DNA from: a virus
Taxonomy: Duplodnaviria; Caudoviricetes
Reading direction: 5' to 3' (one strand)
DNA: 64,000 nt
Virus record (IMG/VR): IMGVR_UViG_2657245668_000002
Location: 20,788-84,787 of that record
The notes beneath the pieces are model-generated. The model saw only the letters and a program-made list of their open reading frames with translations, was not told where the DNA came from and made no database searches. Each line of letters starts with the position of its first letter. Position 1 is the first letter of the stretch. Below are positions 36,620 through 45,756 of this stretch, in pieces. Position numbers and translations under genes: made by a program.

Positions 36620-37705
36620 TTACATTGCCTGCTCTAACAACGCCTCAATCTGGGCATCAGTCATCCCGGCAAACATTGCCTGTAGCTGATCTGGGGAAGC
36701 ATTAGCCGCTTGTTCCAGTGGTGATGCTGTATGAGTGGTTGTTACCCCGAGATCAGACGGTGAGCCAGGTACTTGAGTCGCTACAGTTGCAGCAGCTAGT
36801 TTCTCGGCGGCAATCCGTTGTACATCTGCGTTGGTCGTCGCAGTAGCCGTAGTGGTAGATGCCGTCGTGACCGGTTCTGGTTGAACTGGCTCGACCGACT
36901 CACCATAAGCGGCCTTGGTGCGTTTCGCGACTTCCGCAAAGCGCTCAGTTAAAGACTTGTCTTTCCATGCGGGGTCATTTTGCAGATTGCCATCAATGTG
37001 TACCGCCAGTGTGAAACGGTCAGGGTCTTGATCCTGCCATGACTTCAAATCAGGTACGGCATTCATGGCATCTGCAACTGGATTACCGCTCGGCTGATGG
37101 GTAGCTTGTGCTGGCTGGCCTTGTTGCAGGTAATCGATTTTCTGCACCACGGTGTCCAGCACTGCCGCCATCTCAGGAAAGTTTTCACGGATGAAATTGA
37201 TTTGCTCAGGGGTAACCTGTGCTTTTTCAGGTAAGGGAACGGGCTGCATACCAGCAGAGTTGATTTGTCGCGTTAACGCTGCCAGTTGGCGTTTCGCTTC
37301 AGCTAACTCCGTTGCCGTTTGCTGATTGGTGCCTGCTAAGCGCTGTTTTTCAGTCCGCTCGGCCACCAGCACATCGTAAGGAATGACGTGCTGACCGTCT
37401 TTGCTGAGAATACCTTTTGGCTTATCAGTGCCTTCAGTTGTTGCCGCTGGCGTGGTTGCAGCCGTTTTAGTGATTGGCACTTCCGTGGTTTGTGCTGTAG
37501 TCGCGCCCGGCGTCAGCTCGTCTTTCTTATCGCCCGTATTGACTACTGCATTGGTGTCTTCAGTACTATTGTCCGTAACGACAGCAACTGGGGTAGTCGT
37601 TACCGCTGCTGTATGTGTTACATCAGAAATATCCACATCACCAAATCCATCGATCAGCGCTTCCAACTCTTCTGGCGTTTCATTACCTGTTAATTCAATG
37701 TCCAC
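36620..37705 (-). CDS. Scaffolding protein
   Basis: Acidic low-complexity protein, KDGQHVIPYDVL motif, between portal and capsid. Confidence 0.8.
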   Translation of the reverse strand: MDIELTGNETPEELEALIDGFGDVDISDVTHTAAVTTTPVAVVTDNSTEDTNAVVNTGDKKDELTPGATTAQTTEVPITKTAATTPAATTEGTDKPKGILSKDGQHVIPYDVLVAERTEKQRLAGTNQQTATELAEAKRQLAALTRQINSAGMQPVPLPEKAQVTPEQINFIRENFPEMAAVLDTVVQKIDYLQQGQPAQATHQPSGNPVADAMNAVPDLKSWQDQDPDRFTLAVHIDGNLQNDPAWKDKSLTERFAEVAKRTKAAYGESVEPVQPEPVTTASTTTATATTNADVQRIAAEKLAAATVATQVPGSPSDLGVTTTHTASPLEQAANASPDQLQAMFAGMTDAQIEALLEQAM

Positions 37706-37885
37706 GTTATGACTCCTGCATGACTATTTACCGGATAGATCCGAATGAGAAAGGCGTATCGCTGCCCATGCGAATAAGCACTCTTGGATAAGAGCGCTTA
37801 GCGGCATGAACCTTGATGGTAGAAAAAGAAAAGCCCACGAATTGTGGGCAAGTAATTCAGATGAAAATCAGAGATACCAGAAAGC

Positions 37886-37971
37886 AAAAAGCCCCGCGGT
37901 TAGGCGAGGCTTAATTCAGTGCAATGTAGTGCATCTTTCGGAAATTTAGCGCGTATTTTGCAGGCATGCAA
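37886..37971 (-). promoter_or_regulatory. Late promoter + leader terminator unit 3 (TTGCAT-N17-TAAATT)
   Basis: -35 at 37971-37966, -10 at 37948-37943, AAAGATGC, AGCCTCGC/GCGGGGCT hairpin + T tract. Confidence 0.75.
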
Positions 37972-37974
37972 TAG

Positions 37975-40101
37975 CTATAATGGTATTTGGTCAATTTGAC
38001 CTTGAATGGTCTGCATCATTTCTTCATGTAACGCACCAATCTCTTCGGTCACATTCTGCATATCTTGCAGCACCTGCCCCGTTTTAGCCTGAGTATAAGC
38101 ATCATTGAAGCGCTGACCATTCGCTAATGTTGCCTCGCGTTCCGCTTGGGCATTAATACGTTGGGCTTCAGCCTCCAATTTTGCAACCTTACCGGCAACC
38201 TCACGCATTGCCAGCTCTTGCTGTTGCTGCTGTAACTGTTGTTCCTGCTGCGCCGCCTGCTGTTCTTCTGGTGTCATCTCATCCGGCGATTTTGGTGTAC
38301 CCAATGCGCCACGGATCCGCTCAACAAATTCTTGTTTATTTGGCAGGTCTAACAGTTCTACCCACATATCCAACACGCTAACCTGAATCTGCGGTGGCAA
38401 CCCGACAATAACTTCAGATAACCGTTGTGCCAGTTGAGATTTATAGGCTGGCGTCTGTTGAATCGGTGCCAGAGCGATATGCGCACGTAGCCGTGATACA
38501 TCGTTATTCATCCGGCCAGCCTCTTCGGCGGCATTCAATACCACCTCTTTGCGCTTGCGTGGATCATCACGATTAATCACTACCGGATAATTTCGGCGCT
38601 TGGTTAACTCTTCCAGCAAATAGCACAACAATAACTGGCCCACTTGTTGGCAAGCAAACTGATAGTTATCGTTGATCTCCGCCAAAGTAGTCGCACCCTG
38701 CTCTACCAAGTTACTGATTGCCACACCACTGGATGCGTTGGAGTCTTGCCCGAGGAACGCTGAGTAAACACCCAGCCCATCCTGAATCAACTTCATGGAT
38801 TCCTGCATAACCTGAAACTGCTGCTGTGCAACTTGAAAGTCTTGCTGGATGTTTAATGCATCTGCCGCTGTCGTCTTATTTGCACGGTTGGGATTTAGGT
38901 TAATCACCCCATCCGGGCGTTCAATTTCTTCGGCCAACTGTTTATCGGTCATGTTAGTCGCGTCCGCATCCTTAATCACTCGCTTGGCCTGCAATAGCCA
39001 GGTCAGTTTAATGCGGCGGAAATTCACTTCATCCTGTGCGGGAATGGCACGGCAGGCCAAACCATACGGTGCTCCCGTTTTATCTTTGCGATAACCCCAG
39101 AATGGGATCAGCGGAAACATACCTTGCGGCGCTGTACATGGGCGGTCAATGATGAAATGAGGACCGACAAACCACGACTCACGGATCCGGCTGACACGAG
39201 CCATGGTGACCTGAACCCGGTCAGTGGCCACAGCCACAGCATGCATAACGTTGTTCTTGTCATATTCTACAACGCGGCCATTGCTTAATTGCAGGATTGG
39301 CAGGCGCTGGAAGGTCCGATAGTAGATAACCTGAAGCAATACGCGCTTACGGTTGGATGATACCCATTCGGTGCTCTCACGGCTCCACGATTGATACTCT
39401 TCATAGGCGCTCATCAGATCCGATTCTTGCCCGGCCGCCAGTTCGGTATCAACAAAGCCTTTCCACTCATTGAGGGAATAATCGATAATTTGCGATTTGT
39501 CGGGGAATGTCCCTTTCACCTCATCCACATCCAGCCAACGCTTACGCATCAACCAACGGCAATCACTCAGATCCGCCTCGCGGCTGAACCAATCCCAGAA
39601 CACCTCATTACGATGAACGGTAGACACTTTGAATTTATTATCGAATGGGTCACTGTTGCGGCGCACCTCAACCCATGATAGCCCGGCTTTAATTTGTTCA
39701 GCATAAGCATCGCTACGGGCCTTATTCAAACCACTTAGTCGGCAGGCATCAGCAAACTCAGCATTGACTGCTTCGGCCATCACTTCCATTTCTTCGTTAG
39801 GATCATCAGCAATCACCATTAGATCGGTGCGGGTCTTAGCCTCCATGCCCAGCACGCCGTCGATAGTCGGAGCGATAAGGTTATGTTGCGTTAATGGTTG
39901 TCCGCGTTCTCGTAGCTTTGCTACCACTTCCGGTGCAAGCTGGTCACCATCGTAATAGGCGCAGGCGGTATTCGCGTTAGTGCGCCAGTCTGGCTGATGG
40001 TCAATATCCGAAGAGATATCCATCAATCGCTCAAGTGTAAAGCGGTCACGGTTTGCTGACTGAGATTGAGGAACCTCAGATTCATTAGTTGGGATATTCA
40101 T
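37975..40101 (-). CDS. Portal protein
   Basis: YYDGDQ, NLIAPTIDGVLG, SGVAI motifs, Q-rich barrel C-terminus. Confidence 0.92.
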   Translation of the reverse strand: MNIPTNESEVPQSQSANRDRFTLERLMDISSDIDHQPDWRTNANTACAYYDGDQLAPEVVAKLRERGQPLTQHNLIAPTIDGVLGMEAKTRTDLMVIADDPNEEMEVMAEAVNAEFADACRLSGLNKARSDAYAEQIKAGLSWVEVRRNSDPFDNKFKVSTVHRNEVFWDWFSREADLSDCRWLMRKRWLDVDEVKGTFPDKSQIIDYSLNEWKGFVDTELAAGQESDLMSAYEEYQSWSRESTEWVSSNRKRVLLQVIYYRTFQRLPILQLSNGRVVEYDKNNVMHAVAVATDRVQVTMARVSRIRESWFVGPHFIIDRPCTAPQGMFPLIPFWGYRKDKTGAPYGLACRAIPAQDEVNFRRIKLTWLLQAKRVIKDADATNMTDKQLAEEIERPDGVINLNPNRANKTTAADALNIQQDFQVAQQQFQVMQESMKLIQDGLGVYSAFLGQDSNASSGVAISNLVEQGATTLAEINDNYQFACQQVGQLLLCYLLEELTKRRNYPVVINRDDPRKRKEVVLNAAEEAGRMNNDVSRLRAHIALAPIQQTPAYKSQLAQRLSEVIVGLPPQIQVSVLDMWVELLDLPNKQEFVERIRGALGTPKSPDEMTPEEQQAAQQEQQLQQQQQELAMREVAGKVAKLEAEAQRINAQAEREATLANGQRFNDAYTQAKTGQVLQDMQNVTEEIGALHEEMMQTIQGQIDQIPL

Positions 40102-41807
40102 CAGATAGCCATCCAGTGTTTAGGTTTAGAACGGTCAATAGGTTGGTGTTTCGGACGTGCAGGCATTCGCGCACGCATTTCTTGTGCAATGGCATAGCTC
40201 ATCACCTGGTCATCAAAACAACCCGTTTGGGCATTCATGCGACCTCTTGCGTCATAAACGTAGGTATTCAATTCATTGATGGTGCCAATCCAGCGGACTC
40301 CAGAAGCATTCTCACGAAGCAGTGATTTAAGCCCCTCGATGATGACCGGCTTGCTTTGTGCTGTAGTTAGCCAGCCAAGCTTTGGTGTTTCATCATCATG
40401 ATCACGGTCGAGGTATTGCTCTGAGTAGATAGAGCGGTGTGGGTAAACTTCACGTAACTTCTGTATGACTGCGTGACCATGGTTGTTTCGTTCTGGACCG
40501 ATAAATGCCGTGTTGTACCATTTGCCAACATGGGCTAGAAGTTGAGCGAACAATTCAGCATCCAGATAGCCGAACCAGTGGGCGACCTGTTCCCCGGTAG
40601 ACTTTTTCACCACATCAAATGATGATCGGTCGCCATTTTCCAAGCCCTCAGCGACATCCCCACCAATAGCGTAATCCTCATCTGGATCCGGCAGTTCCCA
40701 CACCAATAAGTGATTCAGTAGCGTGCGTTGAAGTTCTTCTGCATTGCCAGCACGTAACGCCTGAACTTTGGTTCGCTTACCGGTTACTGGCTCAATGTCA
40801 TATACCAGCAACGGAGACTGACACTGACCTTCGGCCTGCATGACATTGATGGCGGCAAATACGCGGCGGCCAGAGGTGAGAAATGCCTCAGATGGCGTGC
40901 TGGGGAATTCCTGTTTCATTTCCTCCTGCTGCTCAATTTCTTTGCGGATATACCACTGCTTTTGTTCATCGAGCAAAGTGATACCCATCGTTTGCTCAAC
41001 AGCAGCAAAATACGCCTGATGGTATTTACTTAAACGCAGGCCCCCCGTTGGCACTGAAGTCTGATATTTAGGATCCTGCCACCAGGCAAAGAAATGGAAT
41101 TTATAATCTTGTGAGGTGAGCGGCAGATTTAATTGGCCTAAATCCATGGCTCGCGTGCTCATGGTGTGGAAATCACCGCCTACGCCTTCAGCAGTGCTTT
41201 CAATAAATACAATGCAGCCGTCTTTGATGGCGTTGAGCGTTCCCGTTCTGACCTCTTTCGCCTTGGCCGGATACTTGGCGCAAATTTTTCCATGCTCTGA
41301 AATATGTAGCCGTTGAACCGTCCCTGAGCGAAATGAGGTTGATACGCGGATCTTTGAACCATGAGCAAATTCTATATGCCCACCATTGGCACCTTCACGT
41401 CGGGTATTGATTTGAAACGTTGCGCGTAACCAAACAGGCAAGTTATCGAACGGAATAGATATTTTGGTACTGAATATTTCCCCTGCCGCCGGTAAATCCT
41501 GAGCAATGATCCCACAGGAGAGATTTTTGTTAAAAAGCGCCTGATCTAGAAGGTAGATATCTATACCTGTTGAGAAGCCTAGTTGGCGAGCTTTTAGAAT
41601 GATATTTCGATAGTGCATATTCTTGAACAACTCTCGCTGTGCAGGGCGCATGCGAAAGGTCACTAGCTCGCCATCTTCATTGACTATCTTGTATAGGTTA
41701 TTCAACCGCCACCAAACATCAGATAAATGAGCTTTGATATAGGCTATCTGTTCTGCCTCAGTCATTACGGCAATATCGGCATCGTTAAGTCTATCGTCTT
41801 GTTTCAC
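40101..41807 (-). CDS. Terminase large subunit
   Basis: ILKARQLGFST, LHISE, IESTAEG, DVAEG, FDDQVMS. Confidence 0.95.
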   Translation of the reverse strand: MKQDDRLNDADIAVMTEAEQIAYIKAHLSDVWWRLNNLYKIVNEDGELVTFRMRPAQRELFKNMHYRNIILKARQLGFSTGIDIYLLDQALFNKNLSCGIIAQDLPAAGEIFSTKISIPFDNLPVWLRATFQINTRREGANGGHIEFAHGSKIRVSTSFRSGTVQRLHISEHGKICAKYPAKAKEVRTGTLNAIKDGCIVFIESTAEGVGGDFHTMSTRAMDLGQLNLPLTSQDYKFHFFAWWQDPKYQTSVPTGGLRLSKYHQAYFAAVEQTMGITLLDEQKQWYIRKEIEQQEEMKQEFPSTPSEAFLTSGRRVFAAINVMQAEGQCQSPLLVYDIEPVTGKRTKVQALRAGNAEELQRTLLNHLLVWELPDPDEDYAIGGDVAEGLENGDRSSFDVVKKSTGEQVAHWFGYLDAELFAQLLAHVGKWYNTAFIGPERNNHGHAVIQKLREVYPHRSIYSEQYLDRDHDDETPKLGWLTTAQSKPVIIEGLKSLLRENASGVRWIGTINELNTYVYDARGRMNAQTGCFDDQVMSYAIAQEMRARMPARPKHQPIDRSKPKHWMAI

Positions 41808-42661
41808 AGCAAACCGTCCTGTCCTGAGTCCCTAACTTCCTTCACTGCTTCGCCGAGTGGTGTTGTAACTCCCTTGCCTTCTGACGTTAATTTTTGAGTC
41901 TCAGCCTCCAACTTAGAAGTGGCTGCTTTAATGCGGTAGGTATCAGCCTTTAAACGAGGTCCGTTGATGGCATCCAATTTCAATTTACTCAAACTGTTCT
42001 CTATGGATTCAATACGGCCAATGTTTCTATCCAGCGCTGATTCAGCCTTGAGCAGCTTGTCATACAGTTCTATTCGCGCTTCAACAGACTCCGCTGCCAC
42101 TAAATCCTCGTGGATTTTCCGCATGGTCTTGGTAACTGATAATGCCCGCGCTCGGGTGAATATCAGTTCGTCATGGAGATCTGAATCTGCCGCCGCCTCA
42201 AACAAATCATCTGCATTCAGATACCGCGCATAAGCGCCATGCTTTCTGGCTGCCTGATTGCCGGGAGTAAAAGCGCCAACCGGATTGGGATTACCTGCAT
42301 TACCTTCTGAATGACGGTTGCCTTTGGTGAACTGCCCATTGCCAGATCTGCCGGAGTTCGGTTTCTCGGTTGGCTCTGACTCGGGATCGCGGTCATCGTC
42401 TGTGTCCGATGATAATTTCTGTTCTTCCTCTTCCACGTCATCACTGTTTGCGCACTGTTGCGCAGTAGCATCGGATTGCGCATTGTGCGCAGTTCTACGG
42501 GGTTTCTTTTGCGCAGACTGCGCAGCACGAGGTTTGATATAGCGGCGTGCAGATTGGTAATTAAGTCCATGCTGTTCACACCATTGCTGAGCGGTAATTC
42601 CTGTAACCGCGTTATCAGCCAGAAAGGCAGCTTGTAACGCTTCCCAATCATGCTTTGCCAT
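41804..42661 (-). CDS. Terminase small subunit
   Basis: N-terminal HTH, GNQAARKHGAY motif, upstream of terL. Confidence 0.85.
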   Translation of the reverse strand: MAKHDWEALQAAFLADNAVTGITAQQWCEQHGLNYQSARRYIKPRAAQSAQKKPRRTAHNAQSDATAQQCANSDDVEEEEQKLSSDTDDDRDPESEPTEKPNSGRSGNGQFTKGNRHSEGNAGNPNPVGAFTPGNQAARKHGAYARYLNADDLFEAAADSDLHDELIFTRARALSVTKTMRKIHEDLVAAESVEARIELYDKLLKAESALDRNIGRIESIENSLSKLKLDAINGPRLKADTYRIKAATSKLEAETQKLTSEGKGVTTPLGEAVKEVRDSGQDGLL

Positions 42662-42736
42662 AGTGTTCTATTAGTCTGTTGTGGGCCATTATTGAGCCAC
42701 CTCTTGGGAAGTGACTCTGTAATGACTTGCTTCAGC

Positions 42737-43273
42737 TCATTTATCCCCATTGGATTGCTGTGATGGCAGACTGCGGATCAACGCTCTATCGTTATTGGCC
42801 CGGTCTAACAGGGTCAGTAACGGGTCAAGCCACAGCACTGCTTGGCGGTAAGTCATTCTGTGGGGGGAAGTGGTACCAGTAAGGGTTCCGTCAGGTTGGC
42901 CGGAATTGCGCATTGCCCTGGCACGTAGACCGTCCGTATAGTCGTACATCCGCTGAGCAGTAGAATCAGGGATATACCGATCAGCGCATTCCTCAACTTT
43001 GAGGTCTTTGCGGTTTTCAATTTGCCTTTCCTCGCTTTTGGCAGAAATGGTGACGTTATAGCTACCGGCCTGTGCAGCTATCTCATTGGAGCGCTGGAAC
43101 TGAAAAGCCTGTAATGCCTGGGTGGTTTTTGATTCATCTAGATCACTTTGCAGTTGTGATAATTGCCCAGTCTTCTCAACAGCAGATTTGTGGAAATAGA
43201 AAGTAGTACCGCCGAGGCACAGGATCACCACCAGCAGAACGCTGGCAATCGCGATAAGTAGTTTTGTGGACAT
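42737..43273 (-). CDS. i-spanin (Rz-like)
   Basis: N-terminal TM, periplasmic coiled coil, after the endolysin. Confidence 0.8.
   Translation of the reverse strand: MSTKLLIAIASVLLVVILCLGGTTFYFHKSAVEKTGQLSQLQSDLDESKTTQALQAFQFQRSNEIAAQAGSYNVTISAKSEERQIENRKDLKVEECADRYIPDSTAQRMYDYTDGLRARAMRNSGQPDGTLTGTTSPHRMTYRQAVLWLDPLLTLLDRANNDRALIRSLPSQQSNGDK
42853..43020 (-). CDS. Embedded o-spanin lipoprotein (Rz1-like), not in ORF track
   Basis: +1 frame: MKTAKTSKLRNALIGISLILLLSG-C-TTIRTVYVPGQCAIPANLTEPLLVPLPPTE*; lipobox LSGC; SD GAGGAAAGG before TTG. Confidence 0.8.
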   Translation of the reverse strand: MKTAKTSKLRNALIGISLILLLSGCTTIRTVYVPGQCAIPANLTEPLLVPLPPTE

Positions 43274-43404
43274 ATCAGGATCCGGGCTTAATGCCGTTTA
43301 CTATGAAAAAAGCAGGGGTAATGGCATACACCAGTGATTCAGATTTCACGTAGCGTTACCAAAACAGCATGTAAATGGGTGTTATTAGCTAATTTATAAC
43401 GGCT

Positions 43405-43893
43405 TTATGGCATCAGACATAATTCGCGTTCGACTTCACGGCGATTGACTAACCCCTTCCAGACCTTGCCACCAGCCTTAATCCATCTACGCAGTTCATT
43501 GCACGCGCCAGAAGTATCGCCACGGTTGAGTTTTTTCACCATGGTGGAATTGGTCATGGCAGTAATACCAACGTTGTAGACGAATGATGCCAGGGCAGCT
43601 TTGCGAAAATCGGACATTGGAACTTTAACGATGCGGTCGATGGCGGCAAATACGGGGATCAGATCTTTGTGTAGCAAAGCATCACATTCAGCATCGATGT
43701 AACGTTTGCTGGGGATGATATCTTTGCCAGTGTGACCATCGCAGACCGTTAGCACGCCAACCACATCACGATAAGGCATATACTCACGCCCTTCCAATCC
43801 ATCGCTGCCACCCACAAGGGCAATTGCGATCGCCATAGCACCACCAGCAACTACACCGTATATTTTCTTCATTAAATGGGAGGACACTGCCAT
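43405..43893 (-). CDS. SAR endolysin (T4-lysozyme-like, phage 21 R type)
   Basis: G/A-rich SAR anchor, LEG..PYRDVVGVLTVCDGHTG triad, GLVNRREVER. Confidence 0.93.
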   Translation of the reverse strand: MAVSSHLMKKIYGVVAGGAMAIAIALVGGSDGLEGREYMPYRDVVGVLTVCDGHTGKDIIPSKRYIDAECDALLHKDLIPVFAAIDRIVKVPMSDFRKAALASFVYNVGITAMTNSTMVKKLNRGDTSGACNELRRWIKAGGKVWKGLVNRREVERELCLMP

Positions 43894-44129
43894 TATTTAT
43901 CCCCCCTGATTATTGTGTATCCCTCTCGCGCTGCTTTTTCGATAGCTTTTGTCTGCCGGCGCTGCCAGTAGGCGTTCAGAAAAAAGGTAGCCACCCCGAT
44001 GATAATACCGATGACAATCGCCCAATCATTCAGGGTTAAATCTTTTAATAGGTTACCCAGCTTCCCAACCAATACCAGCACTGCCCCTGTGAGATATGAG
44101 GCAAATGATGTTTTTTCAGGCATTTTCAT
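43893..44129 (-). CDS. Holin (2-TM, dual-start MKM)
   Basis: Two TMs, basic C-terminus, M1-K2-M3, TCCCC/GGGGA hairpin at the SD. Confidence 0.88.
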   Translation of the reverse strand: MKMPEKTSFASYLTGAVLVLVGKLGNLLKDLTLNDWAIVIGIIIGVATFFLNAYWQRRQTKAIEKAAREGYTIIRGDK

Positions 44130-44220
44130 GCTCCACCTCCCCGGTTTGGGGAAATAAAAAAGCCTGCTGGGCGAACCATGCAGGCTTTTGGGGTAGTCAG
44201 GACTGACCGGAACTGACCAA

Positions 44221-44294
44221 TAAAAAACCGGAGCAGCTTTTAAGCATACTCCGGCATCTTTCGGAAATTTAGCGCGTTATGAGATTCAAATCAA
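44221..44294 (-). promoter_or_regulatory. Late promoter pR'-like + leader terminator unit 4 (TTGATT-N17-TAAATT)
   Basis: -35 at 44294-44289, -10 at 44271-44266, AAAGATGC, CCGGAG/CTCCGG hairpin + T6; upstream of the holin. Confidence 0.8.
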
Positions 44295-44426
44295 TATGTA
44301 ATTAGTAATCATACACGGTAGCTATCTTTACTTGGATCACACATATTTGACAATAATCACTAATCGCTTCTTAATTTGTAGTACATAACTTAAGCTGATT
44401 TTAATTTAGGATGTAAAGGGAATTAT

Positions 44427-44762
44427 ATGAACGAAGAGCTTATCGATAGATTTCATAAAGAAATGTTAGGAATCTATAATTCAGCGCTAAACTTAACACC
44501 CCCCTATCGAGCCACTCGGTTTTATCAAATGGTTTTACAGCATGGTGGGTATGAAACAGCAAAGCGCTTGTTAGCAACAGGGAATCCGTCTGAAGGATTC
44601 ACTCAACTTTATCTCCGAGGGCCTGAGAACTTGCGCCTTAGTGTCGAATATTTAGTGTTGCAACAACCTTGGCGTATATTATTTGAAGAACAGCATCTAG
44701 CTAAAGCAAAAAAACGCTTAGTGGATATGCGAGTATCAATCCCAAAAGATGACGTTCAATAA
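44427..44762 (+). CDS. Moron, small helical domain of unknown function
   Basis: YRATRFYQMV..HGG..AKRLL..PSEGFT.L..LSVEYLVL motif; opposite strand. Confidence 0.75.
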   Translation: MNEELIDRFHKEMLGIYNSALNLTPPYRATRFYQMVLQHGGYETAKRLLATGNPSEGFTQLYLRGPENLRLSVEYLVLQQPWRILFEEQHLAKAKKRLVDMRVSIPKDDVQ

Positions 44763-44777
44763 ATATGAGAAACCCTC

Positions 44778-45584
44778 TTATCTCATTTCGGATTGAATTC
44801 TTTCAATTAAAACCTCACCTGCATCGGACTCTTCAACGTACAGCCAGTGCATGCATTCTTTAACCACAGGCGCATATAGCGCAGCCCATTCCCCGGCGGG
44901 TATCTCAGCCCCTATGATGCCCATCGATTTACGCAGATGTTCCATTGTTGGCGGTATACGGCCACCACCGCCGCATTCGTTGCATGTTTCTGGATGAGGT
45001 CGCAGAGTTTTACCGGCACCGTGACAACGTGGACATACCTGCGTTATAGATGCCTGCTGCTTAGCCCATGCCCGCAATGCGCCACGCTCTGTTTTGATTT
45101 TGGACTGAAGGGTTTTTATTTCGTCTGCCAGTAATGCGATAGTGCCATCATCAAGTGCCTGGGCTTTATCTCTTTCCAGCAATTTGATTTGCTGCTGTAG
45201 CCCATCAACGACTTTTCTGGTCATTCCAGTACGGGAGCCGTAACGTCGTAATAAAGTTGCAATTTGCTCTACCTGCGCCGGGAGATTTCTATCCAATACC
45301 ATATTCAGCGCTAACTGGCAGGCAGCAATGGCTCGAGGTGGATGTGGTCGCTTATGCAGCCACACACTAATTGCGGCCCGTAAGCGTTGCTCTGCTTTGC
45401 AGTCATTGCGGTATTTGGTCATCAAAATATCGAATCCGACAGGGTGTATATGCTGGCACGTAGCAAAGGTACCTAATATCTGGTCTTTGGTCAAAACTGC
45501 ACGGCCTCGGCCAATGTTCAGCGATTCAATGCTGACGCAGCGCGGATCGTGCATTTTGATAAGTTGTTCAATAGCAGTGGTCAT
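44778..45584 (-). CDS. Q-like late antiterminator (TIGR02642-type, Zn finger)
   Basis: CPRCHGAG..CNECGGGG; last early gene before the lysis promoter. Confidence 0.75.
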   Translation of the reverse strand: MTTAIEQLIKMHDPRCVSIESLNIGRGRAVLTKDQILGTFATCQHIHPVGFDILMTKYRNDCKAEQRLRAAISVWLHKRPHPPRAIAACQLALNMVLDRNLPAQVEQIATLLRRYGSRTGMTRKVVDGLQQQIKLLERDKAQALDDGTIALLADEIKTLQSKIKTERGALRAWAKQQASITQVCPRCHGAGKTLRPHPETCNECGGGGRIPPTMEHLRKSMGIIGAEIPAGEWAALYAPVVKECMHWLYVEESDAGEVLIERIQSEMR

Positions 45585-45756
45585 TGGTCAGTCCTGTGTT
45601 TGGCGGTCAGGACTGATTGTATAGCTCATACTATGAATCGCAACAATGATTAGAGTCATTTTGAGCAGTCAATGCCTATCCATTGCTCTTTTTTCAAAAA
45701 AATAACGATACCTATTATCTATAATAAGCACAAAATCACATTTGTTATACAACCAA

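Noticed and set aside
44130-44780. stx toxin genes or tRNAs in the Q-lysis interval
   Set aside because: No AB5 toxin ORFs or cloverleaf/T-loop motifs seen.
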